Shown in pieces: positions 24,937 through 37,801 of a DNA stretch of 64,000 nt (its first letter is position 1; every line of letters begins with the position of its first letter). The notes beneath the pieces are model-generated. The model did no database searches. It was not told the origin of the DNA and saw only the letters and a list, made by a program, of their open reading frames with translations. Source of the DNA: Felis catus. Taxonomy: Eukaryota. The position numbers were made by a program, and so were the translations under genes. The stretch spans positions 84,198,001 to 84,262,000 of the forward strand of contig NC_058368.1 in NCBI RefSeq assembly GCF_018350175.1. Direction: 5' to 3'.

Positions 24937-25477
24937 CCCAGCAGATCAACTTTTGCAAAATTCCTTTAGAATGTATTAGTATCAGAATCATTAATAAAAT
25001 AGGAGAGTTTTATACGTATACTAATTGATATTTTCTCAGTATTTTATTTCACTACATCTCCCAGAATTGCCTGTACACCTAAGTACTTGCTTTGGACCGT
25101 TGTAGTCACTTTTTGATAGTTTCTAAAAATTTAGTTTGTAGACTCTATTTGGTAAGAAAATTAGTATCAGAAGTATCATTAAGATGTTAAATAGGAAAAG
25201 AAATACACTAATGTAGTTTGGGTTACTACATTTGGGCTGCTTTTAATCAGAATAATCTTATGTTTGTATTAGCATAAGGTTCAATGTAGCTTTAGTTCTA
25301 TGAATATAATAGTTATGCTGCAAACATTTTGCATTCCTTTTGTGATCTAATTTATAAACATTTAAAATTGTGTTGCAGTTTTGCTTTGCTATTTAATAAA
25401 AAGCTGTCTCATCAAAAAAAAGTAATAAAATGAAAACGTCTTGCCATTTGGAGTAACATGGATGAAACTAATGCGCA

Positions 25478-25965
25478 GGAAACCTTGAAAAAGAAGACCA
25501 AAGTTGAAGGAAGCGTAACAATTCCAAATTTCAAAGGTGTAGTACTATATTACAAAGTTGTACTAATTGAAACAGTAGTACCAGCACAAAAGTAGGCATA
25601 TAGAACAATAAAACAGTATAGAAAACCCAGAAGTAAACCCACAATTACATGGTCAATTAATCTTTGACAAAGCAGGAATGAATATCCGATGAGAAAAAGA
25701 TAGTCTCTTTAGCAAATGGTGTTGGGAAAACTAGACAACAAAATGCAAAGGAATAAAACTGGACCACTTTCTTACAGCATACACAAACATAAATTCTAAA
25801 TGGATTAAAGACCTAAATTTAAGAACTGAAACCATAAAAATCCTAGAAGAGAACACAGGCAGTAATTTCTTTGACATCAGCCAAACTACCTCTTCTAGCT
25901 ACACCTCCATAGTCAAGGGAAATAAAAGCAAAAATAAACTATTGGTGCTACATCAAAATAAAAAG
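25478..25965 (+). mobile_element. L1 ORF2 3'-region fragment
   Basis: Typical L1 text (ggtcaattaatctttgacaaagcagg..aaatggtgttgggaaaac..tggattaaagacctaaat). Confidence 0.8.
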
Positions 25966-26429
25966 TTTTTTTTTAATCACATTAATTTTATTTTTTTCTT
26001 TTCAAATTTGTTTTTAAATTCTATTTAGTTACCATACAGTGCAGTAGTGGCTTCAGGGGTAGAATTTAGTGATTCATCACTTACATACAATACCCAGTGC
26101 TCATCATAACAAGTGCCCTCTTTAATACCCATCACCCATCTAGACCATCCCCCACCCACATCCCTCCATCAAGCCTCAGTTTGTTCTCTATCTTTAAGAG
26201 ACTCTTATGGTTTCCCTCTCTCTTTTCTCCCCTCTTCCCACATGTTCATGTTTTGTTTCTTAAATTCCACATATGAATGAAATCCTATGGTATTTGTCTT
26301 TTCCTGACTCACTTATTTTACTGAGCATAATACATTCTAGCTCCATCCACATTATTGCAAATGGCAAGATTACAGTCTTTTTGAGAGCAGAATAATATTC
26401 TTTTGTGTATATATGCCACATCTTTTTAA

Positions 26430-27040
26430 TGTGGGACCGAAGGAATTTAACAAAAATCCCCTACCCCTGGACAAGCAGAGCAAGACTAACTCCATTTTGT
26501 GCTACACCCACCATCTTATGTATAACCCCCACATGACCTACTTATTGCTTAAGACACTCCCCCACCCTAGTCAAGCCGCTGAGCACACCCTTACTGGAAA
26601 CCGGCTCATATAGGAATGGCGAACCCCTAACCGCCAAAGAATGTAAACCCCGCCTTTTGCCTGCCAAACTTGTGCACCAATTCTTAAACCCTGCCTTTTG
26701 CCTGCCAAACTTGCGCGCCAATTCTGACGAGAGTGATAGGTTAGTTACTAGCCTATCAGTAAACAGTAAACAGTAAACAGTTACTATAGGGTAAATTGTA
26801 ATTCAATTGGCCATCTGCATGTGGACTGACATGACTATGCAACTTTCTGTGTGTGTTACAATCTCATTGGCCACCGACCCCTATAAAACTGCTACACCTC
26901 TTAACCTAGGGGTCCAAGTCCCTGCTCCGCTATGTTGGGTATACTTGGGCCCAAGCTCGAGCTTGCAAATAAACCCTCGTGCGTTTGCATCGGTATCAGC
27001 TCCTTGGTGGTCTCTCGGATTCAAAATTGGGGGCATTACA
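26430..27040 (+). mobile_element. Solo ERV1/gammaretrovirus-like LTR (611 bp) with 5-bp TSD
   Basis: TG..CA termini; TSD tttaa at 26425-26429 and 27041-27045; TATAAAA at 26882-26888 after two ATTGG boxes; AATAAA near 26968 followed by a U5-like ttgcatc..tggtctctc tract. Confidence 0.9.
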
Positions 27041-28560
27041 TTTAATTCATTCATCAGTTGATGGAAATTTGGGCTCTCTACATAGTTTGACTATTGTTGA
27101 TAATGCTGCTATAACACCAGAGTGCATGCACCCCTTTGAATCTGTAATTTTGTATCCTTTGGGGAAATATCTAGCAGTGCAATTACTGAATCATAAGATA
27201 GTTCTATTTTTAAATTTTTGAGGAACCTCTATACTGTTTTCCAAAGTGGCTGCACCAGTTTGCATTCCCACCAGCAGTTCAAGAGGGTTCCTCCTTCTCT
27301 GCATCCTCACCAAAATCTGTGGTTTCTGGTGATAATTTTAGCCATTCTGACAGGAGTGAGGTGGCATCTCATCGTGGGTTTGATTTGTACTTCCCTGTTA
27401 ATAAGTGAGGTAGAGCATCTTTTTATGTATCTATTGCCATTTGGATGTCGTCTTTGGAAAAATGTCTATTAATGTCTCCTGCAAATTTCTTAACGGGATT
27501 ATTTGTTTTCTGAGTGTTGAGTTTGATAAGTTCTTTATAGATTTTGGATACTAACCCTTTATCAGATATGTTATTTGCATATATCTTCTCCAACTCCATA
27601 GGGTGATTTTTTACTTTTGTTTATTGTTTCCTTTGCCGTGAAGAAGTTTTTTATCTTAATGAAGTCCCATTAGTTCATGTTTGCTTTTGTTTCCCTTGCT
27701 TCTGGTAATGTGCCTAGGAAGAAGTTGCTACAGCCAGGGATAAAGAGGTTGCTCCCTGTGTTCTCCTCTAGGGTTTTTAGGGTTTCCTGTCTCTCACTTA
27801 GGTTTTTCATCCACTTAGAGTTTATGTTAGTGTATGCTGTAACAAAGTAGTCCATGTTTATTCTTCTGTATGTTGCTGTTCAATTTTCCCAGCACCATTT
27901 TCTGAAGACTGTATTTTTGCATTGGATATTCTTTCTTGCTTTGTCAAAGATGAGTTGACCATACAATTTTGTAGATCCATTTCTGGGTTTTCCATTCTGT
28001 CCCAATTGATCTGTGTTTCCGTTTTTGTGCCAGTATCATACTACCTTGATGGCTATAGCTTTGTAATATAGCTTAAAGTCTGGAATCATGATACCTCCAG
28101 CTTTGCTTTTCTTTTTCAGGATTGCTTTTGTCATTTTTTCAAGGTCTTTTGTGGTTTCATAGAAATTTTAGAATTATTTCTAGCCCTGTGAAAATTGCTT
28201 CTGGTATTTTGATAGGGATTGCATGAAATGTCTAGATTGCTTTGACTAATATAAACATTTTAACAAGGTTTGCTCTTCCAATCCAAGAGCATAGAATGTT
28301 TTTCCATTTTTTTTTGTGTCTTCTTCTATATCTTTCATAAGTGTTTTATAGCTTTCAGAGTACAGATCTTTACCTCTTTGGCTAGCTTTATTCCTAAGAA
28401 TCTTGTGGGTTTTGGTATAGTTACAAATGGGATCGATTTCTTGATTTCTTTTTCCCCTGTTTTGTTGTTGGTGTATAGAAATGCAACATATTTCTACATA
28501 TTGATTTATATCCTGCAACTATGCTGAATTTGCATACTAGTTGTAGAAATTTTTTGGTGG

Positions 28561-28781
28561 AGGTGCACCTGGGTGGCTCAGTAGGTTAAGCATCCGACTT
28601 CGGCTCAGGTCATGATCTCACGGTTTGTGGGTTCAAGCCCCATGTTGGGCTCTGTGCTGACAGCTCGGAGCCTGGAGCCTGCTTCACATTCTGTATCTCC
28701 ATCTCTCTCTGCCCCTCCCCTGCTCACACTCTGTCTCTCTGTCTCAAAAATAAGCATTAAAATTAAAACAAAAAAGAAAAA
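28561..28781 (+). mobile_element. SINEC
   Basis: cacctgggtggctcag head, CT tract, A tail. Confidence 0.9.
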
Positions 28782-30539
28782 CTTTGATGTAGTCTTTTCA
28801 GGTTTTCTACATAGAGTATGATGTCATCTGTAAATAGTGAAAGTTTGATTTTTTTCCTTGCTGATTTGGATGACTTTCATTTCTTTGTGTTGTCTGATTG
28901 CTGACCTGAGACTTCCAGGACTATGCTGAATAATAATGGTGAGAGCAAGCATCCTAGTCTTGTTCCTGACTAGAGGGAAAAGACTCTAAGTTTTTCCCCA
29001 TTGAGGATGATATTAACTGTGGGTTTTTTGTATATGGCCCTTATGATGTTGATGTATGTTCCATCTATTCCTACTTTGTTGAGGGTTTTTTAAAAAAATG
29101 GATGCTGTATTTTGTCAAATGTTTTTTTTTCTGCATCTATTGACAAGATTATATGGTTCTTATCCTTTCTTTTATTAATGTCATGTATCACATTGATTGA
29201 TTTGTGAATATTGAACTAACCCTTCAGCCCAGGAATAAATACCACTTCATTGTGCTGAATAATTCTTTTAATGTACTCTTTAATTCAATTTTCTAGTATC
29301 TTGAGAATTTTTGCATCCATGTCATCAGGGATATTGGTCTGTAATTTTCCTTTTTAGTGGGGTCTTCTGCTGTTTGAATCAAGGTAATGCTGACTTTGTA
29401 GAATGAGTTCAGAAATTTTCCTTCAATTTCTTTTTCTGGAACAATTTGAGAAGAATAGGTACTAACTCTTCTTTAAATTTCTGGTAGAATTCCCCCTGGG
29501 AAGCTATCTGGCTTTGGACTTTTGTTTGTTGGGAGATTTTTGATTACCGATTCAGTTTCTTTGCTAGTTTCTTTGCTCAAATTTCCTATTTCTTCTTGTT
29601 TCAGTTTTGGTAGTTTGTGAATTTCTAGGAATTTGTCCATTTCTTCCAGATTGCCCGGTTTGTTGGCATATAATTTTTCAAAATATTCTCTTATAATAGT
29701 TTATATTTCTGTGATGTTGGTTGTGATCTCTCCCTTTTCATTCACAATTTTATTTATTCGCATCTTTTCCTTTTCTTTTTGATAAGTCTGGCTAGATGTT
29801 GTATTAATTCTTTTGAAGAACCAACTCTTAGTTTCGTTGTTCTGTTCTACCATTTTTTGTTTGTTTGGTTGGTTGGTTTTTGTTTTTGTTTTTGTTTTTG
29901 CTCTAATTTTTATTATTTCCCTTTTGCTGCTGGCTTTAGGCTTTATTTGCTCTTCCTTTTCTGTCTCCTTAAAGTGTAAGGTTAGGTTGTATATCTGAGA
30001 TTTTTCTTGCTTCTTGAATTGAGACTGTATGGCAATATACTTCCTTCTTAGGACTGCTTTTGCTGCAGGCCAAAGATTTTGGATGTTATGTTTTCATTTT
30101 CGTTTGCTTCAATGTATATTTTATTGCTTGTTTAACTTCCAGTTTAATCCATTCATTCTTCAGTAGGATGTTCTTTAATCGCCAGGTTTTTGTGATCTTT
30201 CTAAATATTTTCTTGTGGTTAACTTCAAGTTTCATAGTCTTGTTATCTGAAAATATGCATGCTATGATCTCGATCTTTTTGTATCTCTTGAGGGCTGATT
30301 GATGACCCTAGTATGTGATCTATTCTGGAGAATATCCTCTTTTCCTTGAAAAGAATGTGTCTTCTTCTGCTTTAGGATGAAATGTTCTGAATATATCTGT
30401 TAAGTTCACCTGGTCCAATGTGTCTTTCAAAGCCATCGTCTCGTTCTTGATTTTCTGCTTGGATTTTCTGATCTGTCCACTGTTGTTAGTGGGGTATTTA
30501 AGTCTCCTACTATTATTGTATTATTACCAATTAGTTTCA

Positions 30540-30742
30540 ATTTTTTTTAATCTTTATTTGTTTTTGAGAGAGAGAGAGATTGAGCAGAGGAGGAACAGAG
30601 AGAGGGAGACACAGAATCCAAAGCAGGCTCCAGGCTCTGAGCTGTCACCACAGAGCTCGACACAGGGCTCGAACTCATGAACCATGAGCTTATGACTTGA
30701 GCCAAAGTTGGATGCTGAACCCACTGAGCCACCCAGCCTCCC
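30540..30742 (-). mobile_element. SINEC
   Basis: SINEC body on minus strand. Confidence 0.9.
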
Positions 30743-30920
30743 CTCTTTCTTTAAGTATGTTATTAATTACTTATATCTTTGGGTTCTACTGAGTTGGGGG
30801 CATAAATATTTACAATTGTTAGATGCTCTTGATGGATAGATCCCTTAATTATGATATAATGCCCTTCTTCATCTCTTGTTACAGTCTTTGGTTTAAAATG
30901 TAGTTTGTCTTTAAAAAAGC

Positions 30921-31119
30921 GGGGGTGTTTGGGTGACTCAATCACTTAAGCATCTGACTCTTGATTTCAGTTCAGGTCATGATCTTACAGTTTGTGAGTT
31001 CAAGCCCCATACTGGGATCTGTGCTGCCTGCTTGGTATTCTATCTCTCCCTCTCTCGCCCCTTCCCCACTCATGATTTCTCTCTCTCTCTCAAAATAAAT
31101 AAAGAGACATTTAAAAAAT
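30921..31119 (+). mobile_element. SINEC (older)
   Basis: Diverged head, ttgatttcagttcaggtcatgatct body, CT tract, AATAAA tail. Confidence 0.85.
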
Positions 31120-32964
31120 ACACTCTAGTTTTTCTGATATAAGTATAGCTACTCTGGCTTTCTTTTCACATCCATTTGCATGATAGGTGGTTCTGCCTCC
31201 CCTCACTTTCAATTTGCAGGTATCTCTAGGTCTAAAATGACTCTCTTGTAGGCAGCATATAGATGGGTCTTTTTTTTAATAATCTATTCTGACATCCTGT
31301 GTCTTTTGATTAGTGAATTAGTGCATTTACATTCAGAGTGATTATTGAGAGATATGAATTTAGTGTCATTGTGTTACCTGTAAAACTAGTGTGTCTGGTG
31401 AGGTTTTGTATTCCTTTCTAGTCTTTGTTGCTCTTTTCCCCCACTCAAAGATGGATATTTTTTGCAGGACTAGTTTAGTAATAACAAACTCCATTATTTT
31501 TTGTTTTTTGGGAAACTCTATATTACCTTCCATTTTGAAATACTGCTTTGCTGGATAAAGTATTCTTGGCTGCATTTTTTTTTTCCCATTCAGCATGCTG
31601 AATATATCCTGCCATTCCCTTCTGATGTGCCAAGTGTCTGTGAACAGAACTTTTGTGAACCTAATCTATCTTCCCTTGTAGGTTAAGGACTTTTCCCCCC
31701 CCTTACTGCTTTCATAATTCTTTCCTTGTCCATGTATTTTTGTGAATTTAACTATGATATGTCTAGGTGATGGCTAACTTTTTTTCTAATTTAATGGGAG
31801 CTCTCTGTGCTTTTTGGATTTTGATACCTGTTTTCTTCCTCAGATTGGAGAAGTTTCTTGCTATAATTTGCTCGAATAAACTTTTTCCCCTTTCTCTCCA
31901 TTTTATGGGAGTACCTATAATATGAATGTTATGCTTTAAGGATTTGCTGAGTTCCTTAAATCTACATTTGTGATCCTATACCTTTCTTTCCCTCTTCTTT
32001 TCATCTTTGTTTTTTTTTCCACAGACAAATCCACAGAAAACAATCCCTTCAGCATAACTTGAAGTTGGAGAATGTCAAAACTAATTTGACAATAAATTGT
32101 AATTAATAATTAAAAAAAAAAAAACTTCAAAAGAATTGTAAACCAAAATGGAAAAATCACCAAATCTCAGGACAAAATCTCTTACTACTACCCCACCCCC
32201 ACTTAACCCTTATCTTCCCACAATTATTTATGGAAAGCAAAGCAGGTGGCAAAAAAAAAAAAAAAAAAAAATCCAGGGAAGAGAGAAAAGAGTAGCTGAC
32301 AATGAGGCCTAAGATTCCTCTGAAACAACTACTAGAAAGACTGAAAGTCCTAAGTCTGACAATACTTAAAATAGTATCCAGGTAGATCTATTATATATCA
32401 TACTAGAATAGAAGTATGAGTCCATGAAATTAGACAAGAAAAATCAATTAGATGCCTAAGAATGGATAAAGAAGTAAAATGTTATAAGCATAAAGGTAAG
32501 TTCTGAAAAATAATGTCATTTTAAAAGAAAAAATACAGGTATTCTGTTTTTTCTTCTCTGACAAAATAAATTATAGTTTTCACAGCCTCCTCTTAAGAAT
32601 TATGTGAATCATTTCCATTCTACTTTCTTTTACAAATCTCAAACTAGGAAACTGAAATTGGTATGTGAATTTAAGTAAATCACTTAAACACAGATTATAG
32701 ATTATTATAGATTATAGACCAAAATGATAACATGTCAGAGTACCTGCCCTTCCAAATGTATTCAGAAAAGAATGAAAGTCAAACTTTTGAACTCAAGACT
32801 TTCAAACAATTTTATATTAATTAATACTAATTTTAAAAAGAAAACATACACAAAACCAAAAGTAACTGAAAAATAGGGAGAAAATATTTGCAACATATGC
32901 CACAGACATAGTCCTCATAATATAAAGAACTCTTAAAATTGAGGAACACAGAATTTTTTTTTTA

Positions 32965-34900
32965 ATTATCTAAATTGGAAAGGAAAAAGTAAAATTCTTT
33001 ATTCACAGGTAGAGTTTTATCCACAGGTAGAAAATTCTTAAAAATCCACACACACAAAAATAGAGCTGATAAATGAATTCAGCAAAACTTCAAGATGCAA
33101 GATCCACACACAAAAATTAGCAGTATTTCTTTGCGCTAACAATGAGCAATCCCAAAAAGAAATTAAGAGAGAAATTCCATTTACAATTATATCAAAACTA
33201 TCTGTAAACTTGGTAATAAACTTAGGCAAGTAGCACAAGACTTGTACATTGCTGGAAAAAAAGTTAAAGAAGGCCTAAATAAATGAAAAGATATCTCAGA
33301 TTTATGAATTAGAACACAACATGGTTAAGATAGCAAGAACCTCAAAGTGATCTACAGATTCAGTGTGCCACCACAGCCTATTTTTGTAGAAATGGAAAAT
33401 CCAACCCTAAAATTCTTCTGGGATTGCAAGAGAACCAGAATAGCCAAATAATCTTTAAAAAAAAAAAAAAAAAGAAAGGAAAGGAAAAACAAATATGGAG
33501 GACTCACTCACTACCCAAAACTTACTGCAAAGCTACTACTTACCGACACTTATTACAGAACTTACTACAAATTAAAACAACGTGGTACTGGCATACAACA
33601 GACATATGGATCAATGTATTAGAATTGAAAGTCCAGAAATATGCTCATATATCTTTATTCACTTGATTTTTAACAAGACCATTCAATGGAGAAAGAATAG
33701 TCTTTTCAACAAATGGTGCTGGAATCACATTATACTCATATACAAAAGAATAAAGTTGGACCTCTACCTCACACATACACAAAAATTAACTCAAAATGGA
33801 TCAAAAACCTAAATATGATAGTTAAACTATAAAACTCTTAGAAGAAAACTTAGAAGTAAATCTTCATAGCTGTGGATTTGCCAATGGTTTCTTAAATATG
33901 ACATCAAAAGCATAAGCAATAAAACAAAGAGTTGAAGAATTGTACTTCATCAAAATTAAAACTTTCTGCACATCAAGGACTCTTCCAAGAAACTAAAAAT
34001 ACAAATCACAGAATGGGAGAAACTATTTGGAAATCACACATCTGATGATAGTCTAATATTCAGAATATATAAAGAACTTTTACAATGCAACAACAAAAAG
34101 GGGGGAAGCACTTTAAAAATGAGCAAAGGAGTTGAATAGAAATTTCTCCAAAGAAGATACTAAATGGTGACAAAAATCTCCAAGTATCATTAATCTTTAG
34201 GTAAATGCAAATCAACAACAATGACATATCACTCCACACCCATTAATGTGGCCATAATAAAAATAAATAAATAACAATGTTTTCTTGAAATCTTATATAT
34301 TGCTGGTAGGAATGTAAAATAGTGCAATTGTTGTGGGAAAAAATTTGGAAAGTCCTCAATAACTGAATTACCATATGACCCAGAAATTCCACTTTTAGGT
34401 GTATATACCTAAAAGGATTGAAAACAAGTGTTCAAACAAAAATCTGTACATAAATGTGCACAGTAGCATTGGCACAATATTCAAAAGGTAGGAAAAACCC
34501 AAATTCCTATCAACAGATGAGTGGATAGACAAAATGTGGTATACCTGTACATTAAAATATTCTTCAACCATTAAAAACAATGAAATACAGATATATGCTA
34601 CAACATAGGCGAACCTTGAAAATATTAATACCAAATGAGTGAAATCAGATATAAAAGGCTACATGTTAAATGACTCCACTGATATTAAATATTCAGAATA
34701 AACAAATCTATAGAGACAGAAAGTAGAAAGTAGATTGGTGTTTGCCAAGGGCTAGGGGAAGAGAGGAAGGGCAATGACTGCTTACTGGGTATGGGATTTC
34801 TTTTGAGAATGATGAAGGTATTCTAGAACTAGTTATCAGTGATGGTTGCACAACACTGTTTATGTACTCAATGCCACTAGCTAAAATGGTTAACTTTTTA
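32965..34900 (+). mobile_element. Old L1M fragment (ORF2 3' half and 3' UTR)
   Basis: Decayed ORF2 peptides ([22 protein letters not shown] in ORFs 33424/33582) and an L1M-type 3' UTR. Confidence 0.8.
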
Positions 34901-34924
34901 AGTTTTATTAATGTAAAGCTCTTA

Positions 34925-35035
34925 AGAGAAGCCTAGTTGGCTCAATCAGTAGAACATCTGACTCTCAATCTCAGGGTCATGAGTTCCAGCCCACGCTGAG
35001 CATGAAATCTACTTTAAAAAATACAAAAAACAAAA
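34925..35035 (+). mobile_element. Short tRNA-like SINEC with 12-bp TSD
   Basis: tggctcaatcagtagaacatctgactctcaatctcagggtcatgagttccagccc then A tail; TSD gtaaagctctta at 34913-34924 and 35036-35047. Confidence 0.85.
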
Positions 35036-37585
35036 GTAAAGCTCTTACATGTGGGATATTATTCATATATCCATGTAGGACAATGAGTTCTGGAAAAAAA
35101 AAACTATAAGATTTTCATTTTAAATTGGTTAGAAAAATACATTTACTCTACTCATTTTTTAAAAAGGCAATTACTCTACATTTCCTAAAGCCTCCTTTTT
35201 GTTAAAAGATTATTAGAAATGTTCAATATTATAATATTAAATGCTTATTAGTAATATTTAATGTTTAGTACCTGCTCAGGCTGTGGAACTTAGTATCCAA
35301 TTGTGTATTATTTCATCAGTTGTTTATTTAATGCTCAATTATATTATAATATAATTTTATTAATTTATATCTAACCATTTTATAAAGATTGAATGAAGTA
35401 AAATATGTTATACTTTTGTAAATTTAAATTTGCAAGACACACTACTGATATGATTACAGTGTTTGTTTCTGCACCTATTAAATCAAAATGAAAAAAAATG
35501 AAGGACCAAGAACTGAAATTCAATGGAAAAATAAGGAAAAGACATTAACAGACAAAATATGTAAGATGTATATAAAATCCTTGTAGCCTTTAAACACGTG
35601 AAAAAATATTCATACTCCATAATTAGAGAAATGCAAATTAAAACATCACTTGGGAATGGGTTACAATTTTCTTCAGCAAAATTCTTCTAACTGGTCACTC
35701 TTCTTCCATGAAGAGTGTTTCTTCCTGAAACACTGTACTTGAAGCCTTATATCTTTTAGCAACTTTGCTAGTGGCAGCACTTTGGAGGACACCAGAATCT
35801 TTGGAATCGACCCAAATAGCTGGTCTCTGTAGCCTAAAAGCAACCATCCCTGAGCCCACTATCCACCACCCCACCTCCCACCCCCAAGACATCCTTACCC
35901 TCAAACTTCCTCTGGTGCTCAGATCTACAGTCACACCTGGATACTTAAGACCCTTGCAGAACGTCTCAAGACCATTATCACTCTCACATCCTCTTGGGGT
36001 TTATTCACTCATCCAGTTAGAAATGGAATTGATGAGATTTACAGTGATTAGTGGTTTTAGCTTTAGTTCAGGTAATATTTTAGATCAAGAAGTATTTGGA
36101 GTTTTGGTTCAGATCATAATTCAACCGAGAGATGCAATATCCAGCCCACAAAGAAAACTCCAAACCTTCCTGCTGTCTTCCCAGCTAAGACACTGAGTAG
36201 GTGGAAGGGTCGGGTGGAAATGGTCCCCTGACTTTCCTCTTCCATGGGGCGAGTTGTTGCTGGGAATAGCTGACCACCCCACCCCAAGCCATTGCTTTGT
36301 GTCCAGGTAGTTAATAACTGCTCAATTTGATGGAATGTGAGCAAAGGATCTGCCCTGTCACTTCCTGGAGGGGACAGTGGAGTTACAAGTGGATGCGTGG
36401 GGCTGGAGTCGAATGGACTACAGGGATACTGGCAGAACTCAGGGGGTGGGGGTAACACTTGTATTTTTACTGGAATAGTGGGCATGTTTATCAAAACTCA
36501 TCAGTCTGCACACATGCATTTTATCATATGTAAATGATACCTGAATAAAGCTGATTCTAAATAAAATAGCCTGAGCTAAAAAGCTTTACAAACTAAAAAG
36601 TACAATGGAAAGAAAAGGAAGCCATTTGTGATCAGTCCAGCTGTACAGTGTAAGTGTAGAATTCTGTGGAGCTCCTCAGCCATAAGGACTTATCCTGGAG
36701 CCTAGGCTAGGACTAAGGAAGAATTGGCAGCAAAGGGCTTTATCCCAGTGGTAAGTCCAAGACCTAGCCCAGACGAGAGGGGTCTGGAGTTAAGCATGGA
36801 CAACCAGGAAAAATAAGGTAGACATTGAGCAGGAGTTGTGCTCAGCTCTCTTCCCTACTCTGGGTGAGGAGTCAGGAACCATCAGTGCAAACAGAAGTGC
36901 ATTTCTAGGGTATTAATTACTCTCAATTAAAGCAGGATAGCAGAGCATCTGCCTGGGCAGGTCTCCACTACTTCTCCATTTAATCTCCCTCCCTGTCCTG
37001 TTTTTTTGCTGTCTTTCCACATGACCCTGAGGTCTGGGAGAGCCTCCCAGAATGGAAACCTAACCCCACTCCTATTCATGTGCTCATGCTATGGCTCCAC
37101 GCAGTCTTGGTCTAATGCCAGAGTCTTTCCAACATGCAGAGACCTCCTGCGATCTGGCCCTCTCACCCTCCAGCCACCTCCCCAATTCTCAGCATCCTGG
37201 TTTCCATTCCTGTGTGACACTTTATAGTTCACCAAAAATACCACTGCTTCCTCACATCAATGCTGAGCATGGGGAATTCCAGGAGGTTCTAAGAGCAGAT
37301 CAGCTCTGGTGGTGCCCTTGGCTGCCTGGATTAGACAGCCATAGGGGGATGCAGATGAGCCTTCTTACAGTCCATGGGGCCATGGTGTCAGCAGCCATGA
37401 AGTGTGTGGGGAGGGGGTGAGATGAGAGAAGGAATCCTGAGACATGGAGGTAGTGAGGTCAGCATGCTTTGAGGGAAGTGGGCCAGGTATGTGCCTTCTA
37501 CATCACCATTTCTGATTGTCCCCTCTCTCCCTAGATCATGTGGAAGAGCCACTTTCAAACTAGAGTCACTTATTAATGTCTAATA

Positions 37586-37801
37586 GGGGCACCTGGGTGG
37601 CTCAGTTGGTTAAACATCCGACTTTGGTTCAGGTCATGATCTCATGGTCCATGAGTTTGAGCCCCACGTCAGGATCTATGTTATCAGTTCAGAGCCTGGA
37701 GCCTGCTTCGGATTCTGTGTCTCCCTCTCTCTCTCTCTCTCTGCCCCTCCCCATTCACGCTCTTTCTCTCTCTCTCAAAAAATGAATAAATGTTAAAAAA
37801 A
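37586..37801 (+). mobile_element. SINEC with 16-bp TSD
   Basis: TSD ttattaatgtctaata at 37570-37585 and 37802-37817. Confidence 0.93.

Larger units (their letters stand above)
23084..25421 (+). pseudogene. SCOC: SCOC (short coiled-coil protein) processed pseudogene with long 3' UTR and poly-A; CDS remnant 23169-23420
   Basis: MIADTDAVDAKNQVELEEKT*LIKQVLKLQYILED..ARIDAVKEE..LKLKSENQVLERYIENFMSAFSVFQTD..K* matches recalled SCOC and is intronless. AATAAA at 25395-25400, A tail at 25414-25421, decayed TSD (ataaaatgaatgagatcttg / ataaaatgaaaacgtcttg). Confidence 0.93.
25966..32015 (-). mobile_element. Long 5'-truncated L1 (3' UTR through ORF2 into ORF1) hosting one LTR and three SINEs
   Basis: Poly-T at ~25966; decayed RT (LFTDDII at ~28810-28840); EN-region peptide (TRDEEGHYIIIKGSIHQE, ORF 30763); ORF1 MQPRILYPA (ORF 31366). 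Confidence 0.9.

Noticed and set aside
34925..35010. Functional tRNA gene
   Set aside because: It has an A tail, a 12-bp TSD and a degenerate body; it is a tRNA-derived SINE.
37280..37410. Minus-strand gacaccATGG as a start exon of another LY6 gene
   Set aside because: MAPWTVRRLICIPLWLSNPGSQGHHQS* is a poor signal peptide with no donor site or downstream LU exons.
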